Shown here: piece by piece, positions 7,297 through 8,715 of the stretch
Position numbering within the stretch: the stretch's first letter is position 1
Layout: each line of letters opens with the position of its first letter
DNA from: Octopus sinensis
Taxonomy: Eukaryota
Reading direction: 5' to 3'
DNA length: 8,715 nucleotides
Assembly: GCF_006345805.1 (NCBI RefSeq)
Contig: NW_021828136.1
Location: 1-8,715, forward strand
The notes under the pieces: model-generated
Seen by the model: the letters and a program-made list of their open reading frames with translations, nothing else
Database searches by the model: none
What the model was told of the DNA's origin: nothing
Made by a program: the position numbers and the translations under genes

Positions 7297-8715
7297 ATTA
7301 TTTTGGGTTTTTTTAACTCAGGTCTTGTTCGAACTTCTGGAGTCTTGCGTGAGTAGCGGGTTTGCTACCAACAGCCTACGACACCATTCTATCTGTTATT
7401 TTCAATTATCTAATACTTACCCGATTAGGCTGGCCATGCCAAAGAGGCAAACCTTTTGTAGCAGATCTACTGGTCACTCTATTCCCTTTTCATTTATCTT
7501 TCTCTTGATGCCTTCTGATACTATCCCCAAGGACCCAACTATAATTGACACTGATTCATGCCTTCTTCATTTTAAGAGGAATGTATGTGTCTATATTTTT
7601 GCTTTCTTTTTTGATTCTTCGTCTGTGAAAGGGGCACGAAACATCCATTATATAATACATGAGGTTCCCCTTGTCCACTGCCACTGGGTTCGGATTTTTT
7701 TATACTCTGGCACCTGATTTGTTTAAATTAGGAAAGTCCACAGGCTTTTGCAGGCCTCCGACTCTGCCACTCTACGATTTGTGCTCATATCATATCTTGC
7801 CTCTCTCTAGTCCCCACTTTTCGCACAGTCTCCAATGTAACACTTTCACTACCTCATCGTATCGCCACGACTTATAATGGTTTGAGTCAAGTTTAGGGCA
7901 TTCGTTCGCGATGCAGGCAATGGTTTCGTCCACTTTATTACAGATGCGACACGGTGGAAACACATGTTCATTCTTAGGGTTAACATTCCAGTTTATGGAC
8001 AAAGCTTGGTCTTGCACTGCTAGTATGGTGTTCACAGTTTCTTTCTTCAGTGCTCCTTTTATCAGCCAGTCCCACCGATGTTTTCCAGCAACTTCAGTTG
8101 TGGATACATGGAAATGATTGTGTAGACCTTTGTTGCTTAATGTTTCTTCATGTCCTCTTCGTACTTCTTGTTTTGCTTTTTCCTTTTTCTCTGCTTTTGA
8201 TATTCCTCCATTCCTGACACGAGCAAGGTTTTCTAACTTTGGAATAGGGATCACAATAAGCTTCTGAGTTCGATATGTATGCAAACTTCCACGCTTATTA
8301 GGCTCCCTCCTCAATTTTCTCTCTTCATGCATAAGTGATCAGTGTCTGCGCGTGGACGATGGGCTCCATGAAATTGTTACGAGCTTTCTAGTCTTCTTGT
8401 CCAACTCCTTTTATTCATCCTCTGTCCACTTCAGCATTCCAGTACCATACCGAACTACTGCGACCGCAGGCGAGTTTATAGACGAAATCATGTTTCTGAC
8501 ATTCAGCTTTGAATCCAATATTTTCCTCAATCACCGTAGATATTCTTTCTTTTTCTTTTCTTTCAGATCATTGTGCTTAATTCCATCTGCTTCAAGTATT
8601 CCCAGGTATTTAGAGCCAAAATCAGGTTCAATTGCCTTCATCATTTCATCACTTGGCAACCATGTGCCTTCTACCCCGACAAGCTTTCCTCGTCTCATCA
8701 GCATCGTAGCATATT
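7297..8715 (-). mobile_element. Decayed R4/Dong-like RLE non-LTR retrotransposon (end of RT, thumb/linker, zinc knuckle, RLE, 3' UTR); continues beyond the window
   Basis: Minus-strand translation: RRGKLV...KYLGILEADGI (KYLG 8611-8600), EYLR*LRKILDSKLN (stop 8533-8531), INSPAVAVVRYG..KWTEDE*KELDKKTRKL (stop 8413-8411), /HGAHRPRADTD, WLIKGALKKETVNTILAVQDQAL, CRICNKVDETIACIANEC (7951-7898), LHWRLCEKWGLERGKI*YEHK, IMDVSCP, IIVGSLGIV...LLQKVCLFGMASLIG*VLDN*. Several frameshifts. The 3' boundary is uncertain (ataat at 7297-7301; decayed TAA-like tract 7212-7262). Confidence 0.93.

Noticed and set aside
5199-7356. Many HT-, YI- and CV-repeat ORFs
   Set aside because: Translations of (CA)n, (TA)n and (TG)n tracts and SINE sequence, with no domain content.
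7790-8332. 180-aa minus-strand ORF as an intact gene
   Set aside because: It is a stop-free stretch of the decayed R4-like element. Its N-terminal part is out of the ancestral frame, and flanking sequence has stops and frameshifts.
8675-8702. Minus-strand CUGAUGA...GAAA...GUC resembling a second hammerhead
   Set aside because: Neither stem I nor stem II can form, and it lies in RT-coding sequence (LMRRGKLV).
1-8715. CRISPR arrays, prokaryotic operons or defence systems, rRNA
   Set aside because: No regularly spaced repeat-spacer pattern, gene-dense coding or rRNA motifs; the sequence is eukaryotic repeat DNA.

Overview
AT-rich, microsatellite-dense animal genomic DNA, almost entirely decayed retroelements. 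The repeat families resemble those I recall from octopus/coleoid cephalopods; this is an inference, not a database match. No host gene exon can be supported, and most ORFs in the supplied track are translated microsatellites or antisense shadows. Contents: (i) two frameshifted, stop-containing R4/Dong-like non-LTR retrotransposons with a restriction-like endonuclease (RLE), both on the minus strand (1126-1823; ~7297 to the window end); (ii) two short, mutually homologous plus-strand RLE-type C-terminal remnants in tandem, each directly preceded by an (ATAC)n tract (3233-3420, 3509-3655); (iii) four pieces of one tRNA-headed, CORE-like SINE family (3655-3951, 4943-5040, 5237-5279, 6146-6534); (iv) a Penelope-like terminal-repeat fragment carrying a minimal hammerhead ribozyme motif with one core mutation (4748-4782); (v) the 3' zinc-finger end of an RTE-clade LINE (5483-5645); (vi) a doubtful Asn/Asp low-complexity ORF (334-690) built from triplet repeats. 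The best leads are the possible (ATAC)n-targeting RLE retrotransposon lineage, the hammerhead motif, and an inverted SINE pair that could form an ADAR-type duplex. All alignments and counts were done by hand.
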